Program-made: the position numbers and the translations under genes
The notes under the pieces: model-generated
The model's input: only the letters and a program-made list of their open reading frames with translations
Told to the model about the DNA's origin: nothing
Databases searched by the model: none
In this document: positions 28,776 through 37,815 of the stretch, in pieces
How positions within the stretch are numbered: position 1 is the stretch's first letter
Layout: every line of letters begins with the position of its first letter
NCBI GenBank assembly: GCA_963931515.1
Contig: OZ007022.1
Span: forward strand, 589,747-653,746
Direction: 5' to 3'
Length of the DNA stretch: 64,000 nt
From: an uncultured Bacilli bacterium
Lineage (GTDB): Bacteria; Bacillota_I; Bacilli_A; RF39; UBA660

Positions 28776-28934
28776 CATGAAATCCCTCCAACGTTCTATA
28801 TATTTTAACACAACTTTTGATATAAGTAAATTGGTTAGTTGTGTCAAATATTGTATAATAATAAGATGGTAGTCATGTACTTTGATATTAATATTTGATA
28901 TAATTATATTAGGATAATTAGGAGGGCATGGAAT

Positions 28935-31900
28935 ATGAAAAGACGATATGTAAATTTATTTTTTATAATTTTTTCAATGTTTATTTTTATGCCTTTTAGT
29001 AAGGTAGAAGCTGCTTCTACTTATACAGTTGAAATGGTGGCTAATCAAACTGGTAATAAAGTTGTTGGAAGTTATAGTAGTTATAGTGCGGCTTTAAATG
29101 CGATGAATAGTCAAAATTCGACGGCTAGTAGTGTGGCTACAATTTATAGGGATGGTGTGCCTGTAAATAGCGAATATGCTATTTTTAAGTTTAAACCTGG
29201 TAGTACATATAATTTGTATGGTGGTACTACTTCTAATACTGCTTATACTGCGGTTCATGGTTCTTATGGGACAGATGCAGCATTGCTTGATTATAATAGT
29301 GTTAATGGTAGAGTTAAATTAATGATAAGCGGTTATGTTGGGTGGACAGATGTTTCTAATGGGGTAGTAACACCTATTTCTTTGCTTGGTATTAATGGTA
29401 ATGTTATTAACGTTCCAGGAGGGTTAGGAATTAGAATTAGAAAAACACCTTCACTTTCGGGGTCAGTAATTACTCAGGTTGGTACAACAACTAATTTTAG
29501 TTATACAGAGACTAGACAAGCTGATGGTTATACGTGGTATAAGGTTAGTTATAATGGTAGTGATGCTTGGATTGCTAAAACTGATAGTGTGGCAGTTCTT
29601 ACTGGTAGTAATGGTCTTGGCACATATTATGAAAGAAATACGAGTACAAATAATTTGATTCACCATTTTACTTATTATAATGGTAGTGGATATGGAGATA
29701 CTTTTTCTAATTTAGGAACAGCTCCTACTTATTTAACACCTGGTGTTAGATATTATAGTTTTGATGGTAACTATTTTTATTCAAGTTTGACAACAATGCT
29801 TGATGATTATAGAAATGGTAAATATGCAAGTAGTGTGAATGCGAATAGTCCACATTATGCTTATTATTTATATTTATCAAGTCATTCTGTGACTGGATAT
29901 ACGGCTGCGGATTTTGATAATATTATTGCAAGTAAAGGTTATACAGCATCTACTTCTAAGATGTATGGCGCTGGTCAATATTTTAAGGAAGCAGAGGCTA
30001 CATATGGCCAAAATGCACTTATGATGTTTGGTACGGCAATGAATGAGAGTGCGAGTGGTACTAGTAGGATTGCAATGGATAAGAATAATTTATTTGGTTA
30101 TGGAGCGGCAGATAGTTGTGCTTATGACTGCGCTTATTCTTATAATAGTGTTAGAGATTCAATTATGGATTATGCACAAAAAACTGGTAGTAGTTATTCA
30201 CTTGCAACCGGGAAATATTATTATGGAAGTCATTATGGTAATAAGTCAAGTGGCCGAAATGTTAAATATGCGACTGACCCATATTGGGGCGAGAAACAGG
30301 CAAGCAATTCATTTAATAATGATAAGAATTATGGAGGTAAAGATTTTAACTCTAGTACAATAGGGGTTGTTAAAAAAGGATTGGCTAATGTATGGGTTTT
30401 TGGAAGTCCTGAAAGAACTAATGCAGCTCATATTTATACATTAAAAAATCCTAATAATAATGAAACGGTTTATGATATGTCTGTTAATGTTGTTGATAAA
30501 GTTGTTGGACTTAATGGAGTAGAATTTTATAAAATATATACTGATTTGCCGGCTAGTGATAATCAACTTTATGGTTATATACCAGTAGAAGAAGTATATG
30601 TTTCAAATACTCAACCGGTAATTAATGTTTCTGATAAAACAATTACTAAAGGGACTTTCTTTTATCCTTTAGAAGGTGTTACAGCTAGTGATGCTGAAAA
30701 TGGGGATTTAACTAGTAAAATTACTTTTGAAAGTGAGGTTAAGTCATATATTGAAGGTTCTTATAAGGTTACTTATACGGTTTTAGATAATAGTAATTTT
30801 CATGTGAGTAAAACAATAACTGTTAATGTTGTTTCTGATGATCTTCCAGAAATTACAGCTAGTGACAGAGAAATAAAACAGTTTAGTGAATTTAATTATA
30901 TGGATGGTGTAAGTGCTAAAGCTCATGATGGAACGGATTTAACTGATGATGTAACTTATGAAGAAACTGTTAATACTGATGTTGCTGCTATTTATGAAGT
31001 TACTTATAAAGTTAAGGATTTTGAGGGTAATGAGGTTAGTAAGACTATTAAAGTAACAGTTATTCCTAATGAAAAACCGATTATTAATGCTTCTGATAAG
31101 GAAATTTATTTGAATAGTGATTTTGATTATTTAGAAGGAGTTACAGCTAGTGATGCTGAAGATGGAGAGATTAAAGATATTGAATATAGTGGAGAAGTTA
31201 AAACTGATGTAGTTGGTGATTATCCGATAACTTATACTGTTAAAGATAAAAATGGTCAAATAACTACTAAAACTATTATGGTTAAAGTTATCGTAAATCA
31301 AGTTCCGGTGATAAATGCTTCTGATAAAACAATTTATCTAAATAGTAATTTTGATCCAAAGGAAGGGGTAACAGCTTACGATAATGAAGACGGACCAATT
31401 ACTGATATTAAAGTTGAGAAGAATGAAGTAAAAACAGATCAATTAGGTACATATGATGTAACTTATTCGGTAACTGATTCTTATGGTCAAAAAGTTAATA
31501 AAACTATTAAAGTTACAGTTAGTGAGAAAGTATTAGAAGAGAAAGATGGATTATTCTATATTGATTATTTGAATATCGTTAATGGAAAACTAGAATTAAA
31601 AGGTTATAATACAATAAAGGGCATTGATAATGATTTAAATCAAAAAATAGAATATAAAGTGATTTTGGAAAATATTGATAATGGTAAAACATATGAACAA
31701 TATGCTACAAGAATTACTGATGATGAAGATATTTTGTTTGATGTTTATAGTTCTGATGGAAAAAATTATAAATATTCATGGTTTACATTCGATTTCGATT
31801 TTTCTGAATTGCCAGCTGGAAATTATACGGCATCAATCATGTCGATTGGAGAAGATTATTATTCCGAAAATGTAATTAATAACAAAACTAATAGTACACA

Positions 31901-32468
31901 GATTACTAATTTTGCTAGTGATAAATATGTGACTATTAGAAATAATTATAACTATGATTCTAGTCCAATAGAATTTATTATTCGTGATGAAAAACTAGCT
32001 GACAAAACAGTCGGAAGTTATTATAATCAATTTGATAATTATATAGATTTTAATTTTACTAATGATAATAAGTTGCACTTAAGAGGAATGTCATATTCTT
32101 ATGGAATGAATTTATCTAGCAGTTCAAATGTGACAAGGAAAATAATTTTTGAAAATCAAGATACATATAAAACATATGTTAAAGATTTAGGCTCTGTAAC
32201 TAATGGTGATTATAGTGCACCTTTACCAGTAAGTGATGGACTAGATAAAACAAGGGCTTGGTATGATAACAACCTAGATATTTCTGATATTCCAAAAGGT
32301 AATTATACAATTTATATTACTACAAGTACTAATTTGACTGATATTTCAGAATTTACTGAGAAATTAGGTAGAAACCTTGATGATGTTAAAACCACAATTG
32401 ATGGTAAGAAGTATAGTTTTAGCATTAATTTTTCTAAAAATAGTAGAATTGAAATGAAAGTTGAATAA
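28935..32468 (+). CDS. secreted cell-wall hydrolase: GH73 N-acetylglucosaminidase domain plus four Ig-like (DUF5011-type) repeats and C-terminal repeats
   Basis: 1177 aa with a signal peptide. GH73 glucosaminidase core (MMFGTAMNESASGTS...LFGYGA...YATDPYWG). Four roughly 80-aa repeats (PVINASDKTIYLNSNFD...EGVTASDAEDG...YTV.D..G). Terminator atcgcaga-ttatt-ttctgcgat plus T-run at 32470-32498. Confidence 0.8.
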   Translation: MKRRYVNLFFIIFSMFIFMPFSKVEAASTYTVEMVANQTGNKVVGSYSSYSAALNAMNSQNSTASSVATIYRDGVPVNSEYAIFKFKPGSTYNLYGGTTSNTAYTAVHGSYGTDAALLDYNSVNGRVKLMISGYVGWTDVSNGVVTPISLLGINGNVINVPGGLGIRIRKTPSLSGSVITQVGTTTNFSYTETRQADGYTWYKVSYNGSDAWIAKTDSVAVLTGSNGLGTYYERNTSTNNLIHHFTYYNGSGYGDTFSNLGTAPTYLTPGVRYYSFDGNYFYSSLTTMLDDYRNGKYASSVNANSPHYAYYLYLSSHSVTGYTAADFDNIIASKGYTASTSKMYGAGQYFKEAEATYGQNALMMFGTAMNESASGTSRIAMDKNNLFGYGAADSCAYDCAYSYNSVRDSIMDYAQKTGSSYSLATGKYYYGSHYGNKSSGRNVKYATDPYWGEKQASNSFNNDKNYGGKDFNSSTIGVVKKGLANVWVFGSPERTNAAHIYTLKNPNNNETVYDMSVNVVDKVVGLNGVEFYKIYTDLPASDNQLYGYIPVEEVYVSNTQPVINVSDKTITKGTFFYPLEGVTASDAENGDLTSKITFESEVKSYIEGSYKVTYTVLDNSNFHVSKTITVNVVSDDLPEITASDREIKQFSEFNYMDGVSAKAHDGTDLTDDVTYEETVNTDVAAIYEVTYKVKDFEGNEVSKTIKVTVIPNEKPIINASDKEIYLNSDFDYLEGVTASDAEDGEIKDIEYSGEVKTDVVGDYPITYTVKDKNGQITTKTIMVKVIVNQVPVINASDKTIYLNSNFDPKEGVTAYDNEDGPITDIKVEKNEVKTDQLGTYDVTYSVTDSYGQKVNKTIKVTVSEKVLEEKDGLFYIDYLNIVNGKLELKGYNTIKGIDNDLNQKIEYKVILENIDNGKTYEQYATRITDDEDILFDVYSSDGKNYKYSWFTFDFDFSELPAGNYTASIMSIGEDYYSENVINNKTNSTQITNFASDKYVTIRNNYNYDSSPIEFIIRDEKLADKTVGSYYNQFDNYIDFNFTNDNKLHLRGMSYSYGMNLSSSSNVTRKIIFENQDTYKTYVKDLGSVTNGDYSAPLPVSDGLDKTRAWYDNNLDISDIPKGNYTIYITTSTNLTDISEFTEKLGRNLDDVKTTIDGKKYSFSINFSKNSRIEMKVE

Positions 32469-32567
32469 ATCGCAGATTATTTTCTGCGATTTTTAAATAC
32501 ATATAAAGTTTACAAAAAGTTATTTACAATAATATCTGTGTATGATATATTCATATTATGAAAGTAG

Positions 32568-33203
32568 ATGATGTCATTGGAAAAATTACGCAACGATTTA
32601 AAGTTAAATGATTACGTTCGAATTGTAAAAATAAATAACTATATTAAAGTTTTAAATTATCAAAAGAAAAATTTAGAAACCTTAAGAAATAATTTTAAGC
32701 AGTACATTAATCAAAATAGGCAATTAATATTAAATAAATCAACACTATATAGTGCTAAAATAACATCGAAAACGCTTAATAAAATTATTTATCCTGCACC
32801 ATATTTTAATCATTATAGTACTGATTATATTGATAATTTAAATGCTGCATGTCATTTAAAAGAATTATTTGAAAACGCTGTTTATGTTGATACTATAAAG
32901 CCTATGAAAAAGAAGAAATATAATTATAATGAGCTTGGATATTTACATTTTGTATGTCCTATTTTAATGAATAATAAATATTATAAAGCTTTAATTACGG
33001 TTAAAGAGAAAGTTGCTTCTAAGATTCTTTACATAGTGTCAGTGGAGCTTTTTGAAATAAAACAATTAAATAGCGATAAAATTTTAGTTAAAGATTTGTT
33101 TAAAAATATAAAATTATGGAATTATGATGATGAAAATTATGATATTTATAATAATAGGGATTATATTTGTGATGGTGAAGTTTTAATTTGGAATTTTTTT
33201 TGA
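32568..33203 (+). CDS. hypothetical protein
   Basis: 211-aa ORF with an upstream promoter-like sequence. No recognisable motifs. Confidence 0.4.
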   Translation: MMSLEKLRNDLKLNDYVRIVKINNYIKVLNYQKKNLETLRNNFKQYINQNRQLILNKSTLYSAKITSKTLNKIIYPAPYFNHYSTDYIDNLNAACHLKELFENAVYVDTIKPMKKKKYNYNELGYLHFVCPILMNNKYYKALITVKEKVASKILYIVSVELFEIKQLNSDKILVKDLFKNIKLWNYDDENYDIYNNRDYICDGEVLIWNFF

Positions 33204-33284
33204 TATTTTGCATAAAAAAATTGGAAATGCTCAGGCACAAGTAGAAAACTTCTGCATTTATGAGACATTTCCAGTAAATTAATT

Positions 33285-33428
33285 ATAACAGAATGTTTTG
33301 TTTGTGACAATGCTTTTAATGAAAATAGTTATATATTATTTTTTTGGACTCGAAAAAGATAATTCAAATATTAATGAATTATCTTTTTTAGAATTATTTA
33401 TTTATAATTGTTATTGTTATTGTATCAC
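33285..33428. repeat. 144-bp direct repeat (left copy) flanking IS1634-family element 1. Long target-site duplication.
   Basis: Identical to 35496..35639. The IS lies exactly between the two copies. Confidence 0.85.
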
Positions 33429-35495
33429 CCGAGTTTTACAATTGACCATTTAAGAAAGATAAAGTTTGCCTATATTTTATATAGCTTTTTTTATGTCAAG
33501 TTTTTGTTATTTTTATATTGTGTAATCGTGTGAAATATGGTATAATGTTTACAAGGTAGTGATAGTATGGCTATATTTCTTAAAAAAAGCAAATTCAAAA
33601 ATGGAAGAACTTTTCTCTCAATTGTCAATGGGTATTATGACCCCATTTCTAAAAATTCTAAGCAGAAAACTATAGAAAAAATTGGATTTTTAGACGATTT
33701 AGAAAAAAAATATAATGACCCTATTAATTTCTTTGCTAATAAGGCTAAACAGCTAAACGATGAAAATGCAAAAAAACAAATTATAACTAAAAATATTGAT
33801 TTAAACGAAGAATTGTCGACAAACGATAACAAGTATAATATAGGATATATTTTTTTAAAATATTTATACACTGAACTTGGTCTTGACACCTTCTTTGCTA
33901 ATAAACAAAAAAAAGTAAATGTGAGTTATAATTTTAATAAAATTTTTTCACTTCTAGTTTTCTCTCGAATTCTTTTTCCTGGCTCAAAAAAAGAAACTTT
34001 TAATAATAGACAAATATTCTTTGAACCATTTAATAAATTTGAATTACACGATATATATCGTGCTTTAGATTATTTCGCTTCTTATAAAGAAGATATAGAG
34101 ACACTTTTATGGAAAAGCACTAAAGATACTTATGGTAGAGATGTCTCTCGAACTTACTACGACTGTACAAACTACTATTTTGAAATTAATTATAATGATG
34201 AAGATTTAGTCGACGAAGAAGGAAATGTTATTGAAAAAGGTTATCGGAAAAGAGGTCCTGAAAAAAATCATAGACCTGATCCAATTGTTGAATTAGGCTT
34301 ACTGATGGATGCTACCGATATTCCTCTTGCTTACGATTTGTTTCCAGGAAATGAATCGGAAAAATTATCTTTAAGACCTATAGTTAAAAGGACTAAAAGT
34401 AAATTCGGTATTCAAAGAACTGTTGTAGTTGCTGACCGTGGCTTAAACACCTCTGACAACATATATTTTTTAGCTGGTAAAAACAACAAAAAAAATTCTG
34501 ATGGTTATATATATGGTCAAAGTGTTAGAGGCGCTGATGCTGAATTTAAAGCTTGGGTACTAAATCAAAAAGATTACATCGATGATCCAATTTACGATAA
34601 AGATGGTAATCCAGTTATGTTTAGATCTATGAAATTTAATAAAGATGGCAAACTCATTGGATACGAAAAAAAACAAGCTTATTTTAAACACAAATCTAGA
34701 ATATATCCAAAAGAAATTACCATTAAACGTGATGGCAAAAGAAATACTAAAGTTAGAACAGATCAAAAACAAATGGTTTATTATTCTAAAAAGTACGCAG
34801 ATAAACAAAAACACGACCGCAATCAAATGATTGAAAGAGCCAAAGATATTATCAATAATCCTAAAAAATATGACAGAGTATCTTGTAAAGGCGCTAAAAG
34901 TTATATTAATAATATCAAATTTGTTAAATCAACCGGTGAAATTGCTGATGGACTAGACTTATCTTTGAAAGAAGATTTAATTAAAGAAGAAGAAAAATAT
35001 GATGGATATTACTCTATTGTTACCAGCGAATTTAAGATGAGTGATGCTGAATTACGTGATAAATATAGAGGATTATCTAAAATTGAAGAAACATTTAAAG
35101 TCACAAAAACTGAATTAGAAACTAGGCCTGTGTTTGTTTGGACAAAAGAACATATAGAAGCTCATTTCATTACCTGTTTTGTTTCATTAGTAATAGTAAG
35201 GCTTCTAGAAATTAAGACAAAAAACAAATATTCAGTAAGAAAATTAATTGATTCAATGGTTAATTTTTCCGCAGAATTAGATACCGAAAATATCTACAAA
35301 TTATTTGGGGCTAACGATATAATCCTTGACTTAATTGACCAATATAATCTTAATGGTTTATTTAAAAAATACATGCCTAGAGAAAAAATTAAAAAAATTT
35401 TAAAATATTGAAAATTTTAAATATTACACAAGATACAAAAAATGCGTATTTCCTTATAAAATAAGGGATTACGCGTTTTTGCTGTAAAACTCAAG
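33429..35495 (+). mobile_element. IS1634-family insertion sequence, element 1
   Basis: About 2067 bp. Terminal inverted repeats cc-GAGTTTTACA at the left end and the reverse complement ctt-GAGTTTTACA at the right end. Bounded exactly by the 144-bp direct repeats. Encodes a 614-aa transposase. Confidence 0.8.
33567..35411 (+). CDS. IS1634-family (IS4-related) DDE transposase
   Basis: 614 aa. N-terminus KKSKFKNGRTFLSIV. Motifs YYDCTNYYFE, PDPIVELGLLMDATDIPLAYDLFPGN and EAHFITCFVSLVIVRLLE are typical of the family. An internal terminator hairpin lies downstream at about 35430-35480. Confidence 0.85.
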   Translation: MAIFLKKSKFKNGRTFLSIVNGYYDPISKNSKQKTIEKIGFLDDLEKKYNDPINFFANKAKQLNDENAKKQIITKNIDLNEELSTNDNKYNIGYIFLKYLYTELGLDTFFANKQKKVNVSYNFNKIFSLLVFSRILFPGSKKETFNNRQIFFEPFNKFELHDIYRALDYFASYKEDIETLLWKSTKDTYGRDVSRTYYDCTNYYFEINYNDEDLVDEEGNVIEKGYRKRGPEKNHRPDPIVELGLLMDATDIPLAYDLFPGNESEKLSLRPIVKRTKSKFGIQRTVVVADRGLNTSDNIYFLAGKNNKKNSDGYIYGQSVRGADAEFKAWVLNQKDYIDDPIYDKDGNPVMFRSMKFNKDGKLIGYEKKQAYFKHKSRIYPKEITIKRDGKRNTKVRTDQKQMVYYSKKYADKQKHDRNQMIERAKDIINNPKKYDRVSCKGAKSYINNIKFVKSTGEIADGLDLSLKEDLIKEEEKYDGYYSIVTSEFKMSDAELRDKYRGLSKIEETFKVTKTELETRPVFVWTKEHIEAHFITCFVSLVIVRLLEIKTKNKYSVRKLIDSMVNFSAELDTENIYKLFGANDIILDLIDQYNLNGLFKKYMPREKIKKILKY

Positions 35496-35639
35496 ATAAC
35501 AGAATGTTTTGTTTGTGACAATGCTTTTAATGAAAATAGTTATATATTATTTTTTTGGACTCGAAAAAGATAATTCAAATATTAATGAATTATCTTTTTT
35601 AGAATTATTTATTTATAATTGTTATTGTTATTGTATCAC
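35496..35639. repeat. 144-bp direct repeat (right copy). Contains the true 3' end of gene 35605..37680.
   Basis: Identical to 33285..33428. Confidence 0.85.
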
Positions 35640-37680
35640 AACTAGAAACCATTGAACCAGGGTTATGACTATAACTACATACAGCACCATTACTTGTATT
35701 GCCATTTGGACAACTTGTTACATAATTACATTTAATGTTTAATTTATTATTATTTGCTGTATTTTTCATAATTGCACAAGTTTCACCGCCATTACTTCCA
35801 GCGCCACCAGCAGTAAATTTGTAAGTGTTACATGTAGGAGTGGATGGAGTATTTGTTCCATTACCTGAATTGTTTCCAGACGAATTAGAACCGCTTGAAG
35901 AATTTCCATTAGATGGTCTAGAAGTATTTGACGATGAACTAGAAGAACTATTTTTGTTTGATGAGCTAGATGTATTTTTATTAGATGTAGCAATAGTTAT
36001 GGTTATTGTATCTCCTTTGGCTATTTGCGTGCCTGAGGCAATGCTTTGACTAATTACTTTACCGGAATCTACTTTGGTTGAATATTCTTCTTTAAATGAG
36101 CAAGAAATACCTAAATTATTACATTCGGTTTGGACTGTTGATTTTGTTTTGTTTTTGAAATCTGGTACGGTTATAGCAATTCCTTTAGAAACGTATACTG
36201 TAATTGTATCTTCTATGTTAATATTTGCACCTTCTTCGATAGAAGTTTTAATAATTTTATCTTTTTCTACATTATCATTGAATTCTTCTTTGATTTCGTA
36301 TTTTATTCCGTTGGTGTCAGCCCAACTTTTGAAATCATTGATATTATCAAATTTTTTCATAGTTAATGGACCTTTTGAGAATATAACATCAACTGTAGTA
36401 CCTTCTTCTATGATGTCTCCTTCTTTGTAATTACTTTCAATGACTCTACCTGATTTTATTTTGCTATCGTATCTGTCTGAATAGTTTATTTGAATGTTAT
36501 TTTCTACCATCCATTTTGTAACATAGGCCATAGTTTTATTTTTTAAATCAGGCACTTTAATTTCTTTTCCTTTAGAAATTGTTAAGGTAATTTTATCATC
36601 TGGATTAACAGTTGTGCCTTCTTTTGGATTACTACTAATTACATGACCTTTTTCAACTTTGTCTGAAAATTCATATTTTAATTCATATAGGATGCCGTTT
36701 CTTCCTAAGTATACTGATGCTCTAAGTAGGCTTTGGCCTGTTAAATCTTTAAGTTTGATAGGGGATAGGGTATCTTTACTTCCTAAAGAGGCGGTAAAGA
36801 TTATGGCATCGCTTCTTTTGATAGTTCCGGTTTTACTTTGTCTTATAATAGTATCTTTATCTACGTTTGTATTTTCTTCAAAATTGATAGCAACATTGTT
36901 TAAAAAGTTTTCTTCGACGAAATTTAAAACGTCATCAACATTCCAACCTGTCATATCGGCTAGGATAACATCTTTATTATAGTCTGGTCCGTTTGAAACA
37001 ACAAAGTTAACGTTACTTAGATTTTTTGTTAAAGTTTCGGCTTTTTCGCTTTGACTTATGACACTATATTTTTTTGTAGTATCACTATATTCGAAGTCTT
37101 GGTCTGTTTTAACATTATTTTCTTCAGTCCAGTTAATTGCTTTTGTTAAGTTTTTGCTTTCGAAGTTTGGTAAGTAACTTTGTTTTGGTAAGTTTATTAT
37201 ATTTGTCATATATAGCCCATTAAAGGCGATTGCTCCAACGACAAGTAAAGATGTTATTATTGTTGGGGCAGATTTGTTTTTGAAAAATGACTTTTTAAAA
37301 CTGATAAGAAAACAGGTAACAATGATTAGAAGAAAAAAAGCATTTATAATTTGATATATTTGATTTATCTTATTTGATGAATCAATTATTAGATAGAAGA
37401 AAGCAATTATGGTAATAACATATGTAATGGAAAGCAAAATGTTGGCGGCTTTTGGTTTAGTTATAGTTTCAGTATTTTCTATTTTTGCTTGATTTTCTCT
37501 TTTTCTTGGATTTTTATATATGTTTTTTTTGTTGTCTTCAAATAAAATATTTTTTAATTCTTTTCTTTTTTCATCTAATTCTTTTTCTTTTTCAAGTTGT
37601 TTTTCTTTTAATTCTTCTTCAAATTTTTTTCTTTCAGTTCTTGACGTGTACGCAGTATTATTCATGTTTTTATTTTCCAT
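35605..37680 (-). CDS. PASTA-repeat membrane protein with no kinase or transpeptidase domain. N-terminal coiled-coil cytoplasmic region and a C-terminal Ser-rich then Cys-rich tail.
   Basis: 691 aa. Lys/Glu-rich N-terminus, 3 TM helices, and at least 4 PASTA-like roughly 65-aa repeats (..VPDLKNKT....GTTV...I.SKG). A poly-Ser/Asn linker and a final about 90 aa with 8 or more Cys. Confidence 0.6.
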   Translation of the reverse strand: MENKNMNNTAYTSRTERKKFEEELKEKQLEKEKELDEKRKELKNILFEDNKKNIYKNPRKRENQAKIENTETITKPKAANILLSITYVITIIAFFYLIIDSSNKINQIYQIINAFFLLIIVTCFLISFKKSFFKNKSAPTIITSLLVVGAIAFNGLYMTNIINLPKQSYLPNFESKNLTKAINWTEENNVKTDQDFEYSDTTKKYSVISQSEKAETLTKNLSNVNFVVSNGPDYNKDVILADMTGWNVDDVLNFVEENFLNNVAINFEENTNVDKDTIIRQSKTGTIKRSDAIIFTASLGSKDTLSPIKLKDLTGQSLLRASVYLGRNGILYELKYEFSDKVEKGHVISSNPKEGTTVNPDDKITLTISKGKEIKVPDLKNKTMAYVTKWMVENNIQINYSDRYDSKIKSGRVIESNYKEGDIIEEGTTVDVIFSKGPLTMKKFDNINDFKSWADTNGIKYEIKEEFNDNVEKDKIIKTSIEEGANINIEDTITVYVSKGIAITVPDFKNKTKSTVQTECNNLGISCSFKEEYSTKVDSGKVISQSIASGTQIAKGDTITITIATSNKNTSSSSNKNSSSSSSSNTSRPSNGNSSSGSNSSGNNSGNGTNTPSTPTCNTYKFTAGGAGSNGGETCAIMKNTANNNKLNIKCNYVTSCPNGNTSNGAVCSYSHNPGSMVSSCDTITITIINK

Positions 37681-37696
37681 ATTATCACCTATAATA

Positions 37697-37815
37697 ATTA
37701 TACATGAAACGGGAAATTATTAATATATTTTTGGGATTTATTTTTCTTTTATTTGACTATTTTTGACAAAGAAAAAAGATGTTTTATACATCTTTATGCT
37801 ATGTGACGTTTTATT
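37697..37815. repeat. 119-bp direct repeat (left copy) flanking IS1634-family element 2
   Basis: Identical to 39815..39933. Confidence 0.85.
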
